This document shows positions 1-12,874 of a stretch of 64,000 nucleotides of DNA, piece by piece. Position numbers and translations under genes: made by a program. How positions within the stretch are numbered: position 1 is the stretch's first letter; each line of letters begins with the position of its first letter. Source of the stretch: Mytilus edulis (lineage: Eukaryota); the NCBI RefSeq assembly GCF_963676685.1, contig NC_092348.1, forward strand, positions 9,548,001-9,612,000. The letters are read 5' to 3'. A model generated the notes under the pieces. The model searched no databases. It was not told the origin of the DNA and saw only the letters and a program-made list of their open reading frames with translations.

Positions 1-13
1 AGAAATGTAATTA

Positions 14-163
14 TAAGTATTAAATGCTTCTTTTTGTAACTTCATAGGGTTGTAAAAGCGTTGACCGTGCGCACATTTTTAGTATGAGCGCTTCATACAA
101 AATGTATTTTGGTCAACGCTTTTACACCCCAATGAAGTTACAAAAAGAAGCATTCAATTCTTA
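14..163. mobile_element. Short fold-back (palindromic) MITE
   Basis: Left arm aatgcttctttttgtaacttcat...tgtaaaagcgttgacc is the reverse complement of right arm ggtcaacgcttttaca...atgaagttacaaaaagaagcatt. Confidence 0.7.
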
Positions 164-1894
164 AAATGAAATCCTTCAAACTAATATTTATTACTGCAAA
201 GTTTTTGTATATCTTTTACAAAGCATAATAGGACCTTTTTAAGTTATAATTTTCAATATATATCAAATCCGTGATACATCTGTCCACAGCAACAAGTTAT
301 TGTACTCTTGCATCATGTTATCATATATGGTGAGACCGATATATTTATACAATACACTATTACCTTCATATCTGTATGATGTAATAAAGTATATCAGACT
401 TCTATCTGTACGTTATATCAAAATACGGTCCAAGACCGTTATATAAAATGTATGCATACCATGGGAGTATATACATTTTAATAACACCAGTTTTACACAT
501 GTATATACTACATTAAGCCCTGTACAATTTATGACAGTTTTATATGCTGTTTTTGGTTAAATTCGCTTTTATTGAAATAATTCATAGAAGAGTTAATCAG
601 TTTTAGATAAGTTCATCAAATTGAATCGAATATTTTGATCAAAATTTAAAATTAACTTACCTTTGATAAAAATAGACTTGATGCAATAGTTAATATTCCT
701 TAAATTGTTTTGAATTTCAGAAACTTTTTTACCAATAATTCACAATCCAAGACTATTATATCGTGGTTTGATTAGATATCTCTGTGTAAAATAAATTCAG
801 TTTTGATCACTGTCAAAGCGTTTTTGTGTATAACTGGAAACTAGAATCTCCACTATATTGATCAGGAAATTTTACTTCATTCGTTGATGTTACAATAGCT
901 TGAAATTTTAACCAATCGGATTTGTTGAACGGACATTTATGTAAATGATACGTTAAGCGGTATTGTATGTCCTTTACCGGTTTATTTACTGCTGAACTAA
1001 AAGCTCTAATCGTGTATAATGTAACTTCAACTATCGGAAACTCGCGAATTTGTTTCTAACTAAATTGAAATGCCAGTCTGTGTTTGATTAAAATGAATTA
1101 TCGCTTTCCAAGTCATTGGTCCCTTCATTATTCATTTTTCAAAATTTTGTTGAAAAGGAATATTTTGCAGACATTTAGCAAATTATTTTTCTTCAAAGAT
1201 GATATCAGTTTGTTGGAGTTTAAGTCTGCTAGTTTGAAATTAAAGCCATTTGTTTGAAGAAGCGTATTTTTTAAATTTTAACAATATTGTATAGTAAATA
1301 ACTTACAACCTTTAGCTCAGCTGGATTACAGGTACAAACAAAATAAGAAACGTTAATCTCACATTTAAACAATGAGTACGTTAAAAGCATATAATTTGAT
1401 TTGAATCTAAATCCATATATATGTAGGACTCTAAAGTGCGATGGGGACGCTAATTTACGAAGGTCACGTTAAAGTGCGATGGTCTGCGCTAGACCCATTC
1501 GCCTGTCTAGATCAATGTGCATATTACATATTTCATATATATTTTATAGAACAAGGTGATTATATATAGCGGGATCCCAGTCTAGGTATGCGCTTAAGTG
1601 CGATGCCTGCATACGCTAAAGTGCGTTGGTCCGCGAAAGTATCTATATAGACGTACTATACGTAGTTGGATTATGACGTCAACAGTCGTCTATACAAACC
1701 AAAAGTGTTCATGCCGGAAGATAAATTAAGAATATTTGATGTGATATAACAGATTCTATACCAAAATGTCCATGACTTAATTTATTTAAACATAACGTTG
1801 CTTTGTCGGATGAAGCAAATGTTGTTTTCTTTTTTTGGGGGGGGGGATGCTGGAAGAAGGAATTGTTTCCTGCAGTCGATCATTTTACTATATA

Positions 1895-3097
1895 CTAGAA
1901 CACACCCGTCATATCGCGGGTCCGTGACTGAATTAAAGTATATATATAACTATGCGCAAGCCTTATTTTAGTATTAGAATGGTCATCTGATAAAGTCATG
2001 CCGATTATAAGATACAAAGTTTTCTCTGCTATCAAAGTCTTTCTGTTTGAACCCGTCGAACTGGAACTTATCAATTATTGGTAATATTAATTATTTAGAA
2101 AGCAAAAGTTCCTGGAATGGAATATTTTTTAATCAACAGCATTGTCCTTTATTAGTTAAATAAAGTTGAATTCTTTGATTCGCTGTTTTACGCCATGCCC
2201 GCTAACAAATTGAAAACTGTACCTATACGCCTTATTTTTAGTCACAGATTTTTAGTATTCGTATTGTTATCTTAGAAAGTCTTACTGATTGAAATACTAC
2301 AACAGGTAACAATTTGACAATTAAGTTGTGTCAACCCTGTGATAATGACCCGTGTATATAGCATATTAATCCTGAATACACCGTTTGGTGGTGCGCCTGA
2401 TATGCGGAACGTACATATAAGGTAATAGGTAACAGGTGAATATACTATTGGTATCGGTATCGGACTCGACCCGGAACTTCTTAATTATTGGCAATATTAA
2501 TTACCTTGAGGTGTCAGACCACCAATTAAAAGTAGTCCTACTCTGACACAAAATAGTGCTTTTGATGTCATTGTTTACCTAAACTAACCCACAAATTTGC
2601 AGAAATGAAACTTTTGGTGAAAGGGAAATATATTTAGACCATTTTGAGCCAAAATTCACTTGTCTATGAGTTTGCATTAAAAATTCAGGATTAATGCGCT
2701 ACATAGTACACTAATTTAAGATTTCCAGAAAACCGGGAGTTATTTTGGTAGTACCTGTCTTTTCAAGATCAGAAATTTGTTACAAGACTTTAAACATTGG
2801 TTGAAAATTGGCATGTAGAAAGGTGACACATGTACAATTCAGGATATACCTGGTTTTCTTGAAGTTAAACTTAAGGTAAAATATTTAGAAAGCTGTGAAA
2901 ATTGCAAAATTTGGTTGAACAGATAGGGATTTTTAATTGGTGGTCTGACACCTTGAAAACAAAAGGGCCTGGAGTGGTGTAATTTTTAATCTTCACCTTT
3001 GTACTATATTAGTTATATATAAAGTTAAATTCTTTGATTCGTCGTTTTTACGTGATGACGGCTGACAAATTGGACCTGGTAATTTTAGTATTATAGA
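1895..3097 (-). mobile_element. Non-autonomous Helitron
   Basis: On the minus strand it starts 5'-TCTATAATACTAAAATT and ends with hairpin ACCCGCGATATGACGGGT then GTGTTCTAG-3'. Inserted between A and T with no TSD. Internal imperfect direct repeats. Confidence 0.8.
2510..2952. mobile_element. MITE, Kolobok-like (GG termini, TTAA-like 4-bp TSD)
   Basis: TIRs GGTGTCAGACCACCAATTAAAA / TTTTAATTGGTGGTCTGACACC, with TTGA at 2506-2509 and 2953-2956. Confidence 0.8.
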
Positions 3098-4827
3098 TAC
3101 GAAATAGTATACGCTTAAGTATAAGTATTCTGTATCCTGCTTCTATTGGAAGCAAACGGACACATTTTGTTTTTATATAAATAAAGTCATTATTTGCGTT
3201 GCAGTTTACTAAATGCTGTCCCTATTAAAATATTATCGATTTTATTGAAAAGTAACCTCGATCAAATACAAAATTACATGATTTCAAGCGTAAATTATAA
3301 ATTGTCGGTTCAAACATTAGTTTGTACATTGTAGGAAAATATAACATGTATTTTACCTAGCAACAAAAAAGGAAAAAAATAGGCAAATTTCGACATGCAA
3401 TTTGAAAAAGAGGACTTCAAAATGTATGAAAAGTTTTTAAACGTACATTTATTTACAGTTTATGTTAAAGAGAGTAGACTTTTTCAAATATGCAGATAAA
3501 TGTTACACCTTCCGACAATGAACGAATTTTGTATTTGTAATTAACAATGACGACTTTACGTTAGTATTAGATTGTTTGAACGGCAATCTACACAAATTAT
3601 CCACATGAAATGGCAATCTTCACCAATTATCCACAGGAAATGGACCATTTTATGACAACAAAATTACCTTTTTAGCAATTATTACGTGGACGGTCTTTTA
3701 AATTTAATTAGAAACAATCACGTAAGCCTACAAGTAAATGATTAAGCCCATCATTTATCTAAGACCTTAGCATACTAGCTGTATACATTTTTTTTAATCC
3801 ATATACTGTAACGTGTAAACTCTTTAACTTACCCTTTTGGACCATCGCACTTTCGCGTGATATACAATCGTACTTTAGCATACAAATAACCAACGCACTT
3901 TAGCGTGAAGCACCATCGTACTTTAGCGTAGACCATCGCACTTTAGCGTGACCATCGTACTTTAGAGTCCTACATATATATATATGTTTTTAAATATGTC
4001 AATGTTTGTGGTTATATTTTTATTCTTTGCAACTCCGAGTAGTTTACTCATGTTTTTACATGGATGGGAATTTCTCGCTGCATTGAAGACCCATCGGTGA
4101 CCTTATGCTGTTGACTGTTCTATGGTCGGGTTGTTGTCTCTTTGACACATTTCACATTCCATTCTCAATTTTATCACTGCAGCCAAGAAAGACAAATCCT
4201 GTGATACGAAAGACTTTTTATTTTATTTTATAGTTTTTATAACTTTCGTTTTGAACGATGGAACCAATAGAATTGTAATGTAAGCTTTTTTTTCTCCTCT
4301 AATTCTAATCTGAGTTGAACTCAAAAGAAATACATTTTCGATTTATAGCGAAAGGACCAAAGACAGCCATCAACATTCAGTCACAGATCTGTTTCATTGA
4401 ATAGACAACTTTTAAGTTTGTTACATTTCCGTCAATTAATTTGGTTTGAGTAATGTTCCTCTACAGGCATCGTCACTTCCCTTCTATTATATGTTGAGCG
4501 AGCGGTTGAAAGAATATGATGCTTTATTGCAAAATTCATTCGATATTGAAGGAATTGTGATAATATACGGAACAAACAGTACTTCTAGTTTATTTATGTA
4601 TTTATAAATACATATGCCTACCCACAATTCGATTTATGTCTCGCATATTCCTCTTGAAATTCGGTTCCATTTAAATGTTCGTTTAATTAAACATTTCTCC
4701 CTGAACTGTAAACCAACGCGTCTCTAAACCTTTGGTGTTCCCCTTATCAATTGATATTATCAATATAACCTTATAAAAGGCAACGAATGCCTGTAGCCAA
4801 TGCCTAAATGAATCATTTACAAAAAGG

Positions 4828-4978
4828 TAAAAAAAAAAATCACAAAAATAATGAACTCCGAGGAAAATTATAAACGGAAAGTCCCTAATCAAATGGAAAA
4901 ATCAAAAGCTCAAACACGTCAAACGAATGGATAACACTTGAACTGTCATATTCCTGACTTGGTATAGGCATTTTCTTA
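4828..4978 (-). repeat. Dispersed repeat family A, 3' fragment
   Basis: Reverse complement of the cctgtaccaagtcaggaatatgacagttg...ggagttcagtatttttgtgattttacttt tail seen at 8.5, 14.9, 33.3 and 55.8 kb. Confidence 0.7.
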
Positions 4979-5593
4979 ACCAATTCTTTTGGTTATGTTA
5001 TGATTTCAGTTTTGTACCTTCTGATTTGGTCTCTTTTCAATCCATTACAGAGTGTTTTAGCAATTATGAGGTTATAACTTAAACTTTTTAAACGTTTTTT
5101 ATGCAGTCAATTCTTTGGCAAATCATTAAATGGATATTATTTATGGCGTGAATCTGTCTGCCATTGCATTCGCTGACTTGATAATCAGTTGATGTTACAG
5201 CCGTAATAATGTCTCGCAAAAGACGTTGTGTGTTCTCATGTTTATGCCGTGGAATTGTCACTCGATATTGTTCTGGCCATGGGTGGTCATCAACAAAACC
5301 TATCTGTCTTTATCGGACCACAGATGAATTAACACGTTGTGATTGGTTAAAAGCCGTCACGTGGTGACCCCCTATGAGACCGTATGGGGTTAGTAAGTTT
5401 CATATGGGGTTCATGACGCGTTAATGGCGACGTAATCTATTAATGTTGTTGTGTTTCATTGTTTATTTTTCAACATAACGCCGCAGAAAAAGACCAGCGT
5501 CCGATAAATTCGTTATACGGTTAACTACTGACCCCCTACGGATCCATAGAGGGTGAATAAAATTCATTGGGGACTCGGCCTCCGGCCTCATCC

Positions 5594-5818
5594 CGTCTGT
5601 GCGTCCGTCCGTTCGCTTCAGGTTAAAGATTTTGGTCAAGGTAGTTTTTGAAGAAGTTGAAGTCTAATCAACTTGAAATTTAGTACACATGTTTCCTATG
5701 ATATGATCTTTCTAATTTTAATTCCAAATTAAAGTTTTGACCCAAATTTCACGGTCCACTGAACATAGAAAATGATAGTGCTAGTGGGGCATCCGTGTAC
5801 TTGGGACACATTCTTGTT
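5594..5818 (+). mobile_element. Helentron/HINE-like non-autonomous element, 3' part
   Basis: (gtcc)n microsatellite, core shared with 16771-17040 (cgcttcaggttaaag...cacggtccactgaacata), ends ggggcatccgtgtacttgggacacattcttgtt with a short hairpin before a T-run. Confidence 0.65.
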
Positions 5819-6146
5819 ATCTCTTTTTTTTTTTTGGCTTAAAAGACAAGAAGGATGTTTATCATAAGTTATAGTTACTTGAGGATCAATCATTATTTAG
5901 CATAAGTAATAGTTACTTGAGGATCAATCATTATTTGGTAAAAGAAATAATCACAAAAATGTGTGTTGCGTTTTTTAAGTCCGTTAGTCTATACATTTTA
6001 CTGTACTTCTACGTTTAAACAGTATATTTTGAATGTTTAATATGCTTATCTTTCAAATTGTATAATTCGTGACGACTTCTTTGACAAACACAAACGAACT
6101 TGACTTTGAATACAAATACGCATTTCCCTTACAAGATAAGATATAG

Positions 6147-7353
6147 AAGAGGGACGAAAGATACCAAAGGGACAGTCAAACTCATAAATCTAAAACAAAC
6201 TGACAACGCCATGGCTAAAAATGAAAAAGACAAACAGAAAAACAATAGTACACATGACACAACATAGAAAACTAAAGAATAAACAACACGAACCCCACCA
6301 AAAACTAGGGGTGATCTCAGGTGCTCCGGAAGGGTAAGCAGATCCTGCTCCACATGCGGCACCCGTCGTGTTGCTTATGTGATTACAAATCCGGTAAATA
6401 GTCTTAATTCGGTAGGTCAAATTCATGAAAGGGAAGGGGATTGTAGTTACGACGTGAGGAACATATCCGATATCATTTGTGAAATGGTTATTCCATAACG
6501 GTCAACCAACTCGTGATGGCGTCCGTAAAATTTACGAAGGGATGATTTCAACTTCACCATTTGGAACTCTTGATTTAATAGCTTCCTTGTGAGCAGTAAC
6601 CCTCTATCAAGAAAATCATGATAGGAAATGCAAGCACGGGAATATCGTATCAATTGAGAGATATATACCCCGTATGCAGGTGCTGCTGGAATGTTGCTAC
6701 TTAGAAATGGAAAGTTCACAATTGGAAAGCTGAAATCATCTCTTTTGTCGTAAAGTTTTGTCTTCAACCGACCCTCATTGTCAATTTCTAGATGTAAGTC
6801 AAGATATGAAGCTGACTTAACTGTATCCGTAGTATCCTTTATCTCCAATTCGATGGGATAGATGCGTTCCACATAGTCACCAAATTTTGAATTGTTTAGT
6901 GAAAGAACGTCATCTATATAGCGGAAAGTAGAGTTAAAGGATATTGCTAACTTCTTATCTTTCTTCCTAAGAAGTTCCTGCATGAAGTCAGCCTCATAAT
7001 AATAAAGAAACAAGTCAGCAAGTAGAGGGGCACAGTTTGTTCCCATAGGTATGCCGACAGTCTGTTGAAAAACACGTCCTCCGAACGTAACAAATATGTT
7101 GTCAATCAAGAAATCAAGCATCTTGATAATATCGGTTTCAGAGAATTTTTTGTTTGAATCAGAGTGATTCTTTACAAAGTAGGATTTATCCCTCCCTAAG
7201 ACAAGATACTTGTATCTACGTTGGCCATTCTTTTTTATGAAGCAAAGTAATACCAACTCTTTTAATTTGTCTTTAAGTTTGGAATGTGGAATACTTGTGT
7301 AAAGAGTAGAGAAGTCAAATGTTTTAATACTGTTACAAGATGAAAGAGAGTTA
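6147..7353 (-). mobile_element. Penelope-like retroelement (Naiad-type), 5'-truncated
   Basis: Uninterrupted RT frame with TFDFSTLYTSIPH, QTVGIPMGTNCAPLLADLFL, FRYIDDVL, SYLDL and LYDKRDDF...NFPFLSSNIP. The ORF stops after the thumb with no C-terminal GIY-YIG. About 300-nt 3' UTR, no poly(A). Confidence 0.85.
6447..7353 (-). CDS. Reverse transcriptase (palm and thumb) of the Penelope-like element, 5' partial
   Basis: The 269-aa track ORF extends in frame upstream (NSLSSCNSIKTFDFSTLYTSIPHSKLKDKLKEL) to the truncation point. YIDD catalytic motif present. Confidence 0.85.
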
Positions 7354-7439
7354 GTATTCCACTTGCATACCTGGTTGCTCCGAAGAAGTAAGCATGTATT
7401 AATTTTGTAATTTTGTTAATTGCAATGTCTATTGCAGTC

Positions 7440-7653
7440 ATACATCCCGCTAACATTTTTAACCGCGCCCCATTCTGTATGTATGTGCTCATTGTTTTAC
7501 ATTTGTCATTCTAGGGTCTTTTATAGCTGACTATGCGGTATAGGCTTTTCTCATTGTTGAAGGCTGTATGGTGACCTATAGTTGTTAATTTCTGTGTAAC
7601 TTTCTCTTGTAAAGAGTTGTCTCATTGACAATCATACCACATCTTCTTTTTTA
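7440..7653 (+). repeat. Dispersed SINE-like repeat family B, internally deleted
   Basis: cccgctaaca...ttttatagctgactatgcggta...gagttgtctcattgacaatcataccacatcttctttt, shared with 11.7, 17.3, 17.6 and 28.8 kb. Confidence 0.7.
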
Positions 7654-8235
7654 TAGCTTATGTTTTCAAATGAGAAAGGAGGGGGATATCTTTCGTGAAT
7701 GCAATAGTTGTGACGATGATAAGACGTTACTCTTAATTTGGTAAAATCTAAATTCTTATTTCTATTTGTCCAATTTTAACAATGATTTGTAAACAAAAAT
7801 GTAAGATAAAAAGGAGTGTGTCAAGTATTTGTCGAAAAAAAACGACCTGATCAAAAGTTTTAAATATTTCTACTACTATGAAAGTTGTTAATTGCAAATC
7901 AAAGTTAAAACACAAGAACATGGGAAATAACACAATTATTTGAGAAAAAATACTATTAATTAGCTCTTAATACGCATGTTTCTGTAGGTTAAGATCTATA
8001 ATAATGTTGTTATTTATTAGGACGAAACGAATTCTTTGATATTGTATTTTTTTGTAAATTAATTCAGAGACTTTTTAATATCATTACTTTGACTTGTTAT
8101 GATCAAATGATTCCTATTTTCAAAATATAGTAACTTTCTTTTCTATTAATAGATTGACGGGAATGATACAATATAGACTATTGGAGATTTTAATCGTTGC
8201 AAACGCATGTAAGTTAAATTCTGTTTAAAATGTCT

Positions 8236-8645
8236 TCCTATGTGACGTATACATTTTCTGACGTCAGACACGCGAAGCAATGAATATGTTTTTAATTTGA
8301 TAGATACGTTTGTGCTTTTTTGTAAAATTGTTTCTTTTAAATTTGTAACACAGTAATGACTGCTGTACCCATATTTTGACTATTCTATTTATTATGTCTG
8401 TTTTGTTCACGCATCCTTGTAAATATTGGAATTTGAAGAGAATATCGCACAAGGTTTAGCGCTATAAAACTAGGTTCAATCCACCATTTACTACATTTGC
8501 AAATGCCTGTACCAAGTAAAGGAATATGACAGTTGTTGTCCATTCGTTTTTGATGTATTTTGTCATTTGATTTTGCCATGTGATTAGGGACTTTCCGATT
8601 GAATTTTCCTCGGAGTTCAGTATTTTTGTGATTTTACTTTTTTCT
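8236..8645 (+). repeat. Dispersed repeat family A, long copy
   Basis: ggtttagcgctataaaactaggttcaatccaccatt...gcctgtaccaagtaaaggaatatgacagttg...ggagttcagtatttttgtgattttacttt, multi-copy in this window. Confidence 0.7.
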
Positions 8646-8769
8646 GACATGTGATTGTATACATGATGGTAAACAGTACAATAACTACACCGCTGCTTGA
8701 ATTGCATATTAAATAGTAAATAACGAATTATAAAATACAGAATAAATAAATCCAGTTGAGCGAAACATC

Positions 8770-9250
8770 GAGTCAGAGGTCAAGTTATGATTATGAGTCA
8801 GAGATCGAGTTATGATTATGAGTCAGAGGTCGAGTTATGATTATGAGTCAGAGGTCGAGTTATGATTATGAGTCAGGGGTCGAGTTATGATTATGAGTCA
8901 GAGGTCGAGTTATGATTGTGATTCAGGAGTCGAGTTATGATTATGAGTCAGAGATCGAGTTATGATTATGAGTCAGAGGTCGAGTTATGATTATGAGTCA
9001 GAGGTCGAGTTATGATTATGAGTCAGAGGTCGAGTTATGATTATGAGTCAGAGGTCGAGTTATGATTATGAGTCAGAGGTCGAGTTATGATTATGATTCA
9101 GGGGTCGAGTTATGATTATGATTCAGGAGTCGAGTTATGATTATGAGTCAGAGGTCGAGTTATGATTATGAGTCAGAGGTCGAGTTATGATTGTGATTCA
9201 GGGATCGAGTTATGATTATGAGTCAAAAGTCAAGTTATGATTATGAGTCA
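8770..9250. repeat. 24-bp minisatellite, about 20 copies
   Basis: Unit gagtcagaggtcgagttatgattat repeated head to tail with few substitutions. Confidence 0.95.
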
Positions 9251-10460
9251 TGGATTTTCAATAGCATATTTCATTTATAATTTTATTATCAAGTATATAC
9301 TGATCTGAAGGCTAATATTTTACAAAAATGATTAGCTTTTACCATTAAGAAAATTTTAAGCTATCAACATGTATGTTGATAATCGATGCCTAATTTAGTA
9401 CATAGATCAGTATAGAAAATTTTAAAACTCATAAAAATATGAAAATCTCATTTTTCATTGAGTTTATTCATTAGTCGATTTTAAAAACTGTACATTCGAT
9501 TTTATAACTAATACAAACGATATTTTAGATTGTACAAACGATTAAAAAATAAACATTTACCTAATATTAAAAACCGTACAAGCGATTTTCTACTCTGGCT
9601 CATGCTTGCCATGAGTTTGGTTTCAAATGCTTTTCAAATTGTATTCATATTCATAATGTCTACTTAGTCTTTGAATTGTTTTTGAGTGTCGTTGTCCAAT
9701 CTTCTGAAACGAAACAAGTGTCTTAATACTTAGGAGTATATGCATTGTATCTAAATTGTGATAATTTGCAATAATAATGTCAATTAGAAACTGTGACAGC
9801 AATTTATTTAAGAAAAGAGTTGTTTTTAAACTGTATGAATAGAGTTTATTTTGTCATGACATATGTGATAGACCAGGTTTTTCTTCAAATTTGTAAATCA
9901 TTAAGTCTTTTTTTGTTCATGGCACTGTCTATTGTTCTTTTTTTATCTGCTATATAATTTGATCCATGCTAATTCAACGAAATTAGAATATAAAACTTTG
10001 GCTTACACTGATAGCTTTCATTTTAGCATAGAACGAATCAGTTCATTTTATTATCAATAAACATATTCATATCACTATGATTTTCAGATTTATGTGTGCA
10101 AAGTCTTCAGTGCCTCAAATGTGAAAATGTAATTTCACCAATACTGTGTAACGGCAAAGTTACGTGTGAATCAAACGTGGTGATGTATACCTTTATATTT
10201 TATTATCTTTACTATGGAAAAACGTTTTAAGATGGATTAAATTCAAGTTAAATATTTAGTGTAACACTTTGTGTGAAAAAGTAAAAGTAATAGTAAAAAA
10301 CGAAACAAAACCGATAAACATAAAAACTGAAATGAACAAACAGAATAATTCCCGACATTTCGAACAATCATTGAATGGTTTGCAAGGAACTGTTAGTTTT
10401 AAAAACACGCTCATGACAACACCTTTAAGATATAACGGCGTATTAACTTTATTGCAACTC

Positions 10461-10630
10461 GTACATTCAACTCGGCGTTTTACGTTTCCGCAAATTGGCA
10501 TTACTTTTCCGCGAAAAAAAGATGACGTTTCCGGAAAAAAAAGTTTACGTTTCCGCAAATAAATATCTTACTTTTCCGGAAAAAAAGTCACTATTCCGGA
10601 AAAAATAAATTATTACTTTTCCGCAAATAA
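10461..10630. repeat. Array of short ttccg(c/g)aaa-core repeats, probably a transposon subterminal region
   Basis: About 7 imperfect units of ttac(g/t)tttccg(c/g)aaa, ~20-25 bp each. Confidence 0.55.
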
Positions 10631-11644
10631 TTCAGGAATACCTATTGTTCGAAAGCAAAGCATATCTTTAATAACATTAATAACATTAAAGGTACATTAT
10701 TTTGCATTAAATGTTTATTCCGATAATAAACAGTGATGAAAAAGGACCGAACTGGCAAATGGGCTTGTGGTACCATCGGCAGAAGTGTCAACCCAGTAGA
10801 AGTATACATTAACGCTACAAGTTGTTCTTGACAAAATGATTAAAAATCCTCAAATGTGTCTTAAATGTCACTCAAAAAGACTTTTTCACCCTTGAACATG
10901 ATGCATTCAGTGTTCCCAAAGTCATCTCTTTCTTACAGTTTATTTCCTGCATGAACTTTTTGTATGGTCTTGACATTTCTTTTATTTGTTAATCTTATAG
11001 GTGTGATTCATTGATAAATTCAAAGGTTTCGATGGAGAAATTTTATTCAACCTCGGATGTAGGCTGAACTCTGTGAGTATGATTATTTTCCAATGTAATA
11101 AAAGTTGGCTTTAGGAATCGCTATTAGGGAGGATGACGTTATTCGTTATATATATATTTTTTAGCATAACATTATTAATCAATCTTAAAAACGATACCAT
11201 GTTTAAACATAAACTGGTTTCTTATGAGACATAAAGAAACAGGTGAAGTGCTATAGATGGAAAACACTTCAATATGACGTTTTGAGAATACTTTTTATAG
11301 GATACAGCAATCATTTTACATATACCTAAAGGAGATAACATTTGTATTAAATCTTATGAAATGACTAACTGTACATCTAAGGGATACATATATTTAATCA
11401 CAGAAGTGCAGCATACAAGTTGGGCTAGATGTATGTACAAACTGTTGTGATTCTGATCTTTGTAACTACGGCGGATGTGGAGAAACAGGTTGTTATTGCT
11501 AAAACGTTAATTTGACCTTTGACACAATTTGTAATGCATTTCTGTTATTCAATAATTATTTATTTTGTTTTATATCTCGTTGTTTAGTTGTTTAATGACT
11601 TGAATGGAGATTTGTCTCATTGAAACTCATACCACATTTTATAA

Positions 11645-11940
11645 AGAGAAGATGAGGTATTATTGCTAATTAGACAACTCTCCACAAAAGACTAAATGGC
11701 ACAGAAATAAACAATTATAGGTCACCGTACAGGATTCAACAATGAGCAAAGCCCATGCCGCATAGTCAGCTATAAAAGGCCACGAAATGACAAATGTAAA
11801 CTATTCAAATGAGAAAACTAACGGCCTTATTAATGTACAAAAAATTAACGAAAAACAAATATGTAACACATTAACAAACGACAACCACTGAATTACAGGC
11901 TCCTGACTTGGGACAGGCACATACATACAGAATGTGGAGC
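11645..11940 (-). repeat. Dispersed SINE-like repeat family B
   Basis: Reverse complement of the 17215-17495 and 7440-7653 sequence (gcctgtcccaagtcaggagcctgtaattcagtggttgtcg). Confidence 0.75.
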
Positions 11941-12874
11941 TTTCTTGTTCATATTTGGTAGTCAATATTTTCACATTTTATCGATCTACATTAATTCTTG
12001 TCCGAGTCGAAATTTAAATTTACTGTTTGCCACTCCAAAAAATGTTCTTAAAAATGCACTAGCTGTCAAATTTATGTTCACTGATTTGAATCAAATTCTT
12101 ATATTTGTTAATAACACACATGTTCTAAATTAACCGCTCCAATTTATAGGAAGTCTTAAATAAACAATTAACAATGCATAGGGTCGATTATAAGTATCAA
12201 CATGTAGTGTGTATTATAGTCGAGACGTCATCTTATTAACCAGCTTGGTGATCTCCAAAAACTGCCGGAGATTATATAACTCGATGTAAAAATATATATA
12301 GACATAAATAGATAGCGAACTTGTGCAATTTGATTGTTCTATGCCTGTTTAAAGCAGTTTTAGGTTGAAAATATATGTTAATTATCGTTTTTTCCTGTAT
12401 AAGAATGAGTTTTTGTGGATCGAATTAATCAATCAAATGGTTTACCCTTGTTGCACTTTCAATGTTGACAGTCTTTTCCTTTTGACAAATAGACACGCAT
12501 AATTTATGCGTAACCCATCTCTAGCTAAAGGGTTAACTTGCAGTTCACTTCAATATGAATTCAATCAAGTCGAATTATTCACTAACGAGACGTTTGGTGC
12601 AGTTAAATTGTTACCGCTAATGTTATTTAATGACTAAAGTTGTTGAATAAACACATACACTGCATTTCTATCGAAATATGTTTTGGCATTTCAGCCTTTC
12701 TCCAAATTTCCCATTTGCCTTGGAAAATCGCCAAATTCATCTATTGCTTCATTTCTTTAAGGACTTGTTAATAACCATGGACCTGTCTGTTTAAGTTGTA
12801 AACAGTCGAGAAATCCAGCCAAATGTGATTCTATAAACATATGCGAAATTGGAGAAGTAAGATAATGATTTCTT

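Larger units (their letters stand above)
1422..3974. mobile_element. Non-autonomous TIR element (Ginger-like TGT...ACA ends) in a (TA)n tract, hosting nested insertions
   Basis: TIRs TGTAGGACTCTAAAGTGCGATGG / CCATCGTACTTTAGAGTCCTACA, TATA on both flanks, arrays of ~18-bp subterminal repeats (cgctaaagtgcgatggt) at both ends. Superfamily is inferred from the termini only. Confidence 0.75.

Noticed and set aside
6129-6426. Hydrophobic 77-78 aa ORFs
   Set aside because: Chance translations of the T-rich PLE 3' UTR; the same applies to 27184-27399.
8770-9250. CRISPR-like regular array
   Set aside because: Units are head to tail with no unique spacers and no cas genes; a eukaryotic minisatellite.
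9561-9704. Exon-like minus-strand segment with good AG/GT sites
   Set aside because: The best frame has two stops and no partner exons or recognisable motif.
11004-11006. In-frame TGA at a conserved Cys position as selenocysteine
   Set aside because: The same gene has frameshifts and a transposon insertion, and no SECIS was recognised; a TGY-to-TGA nonsense change is simpler.
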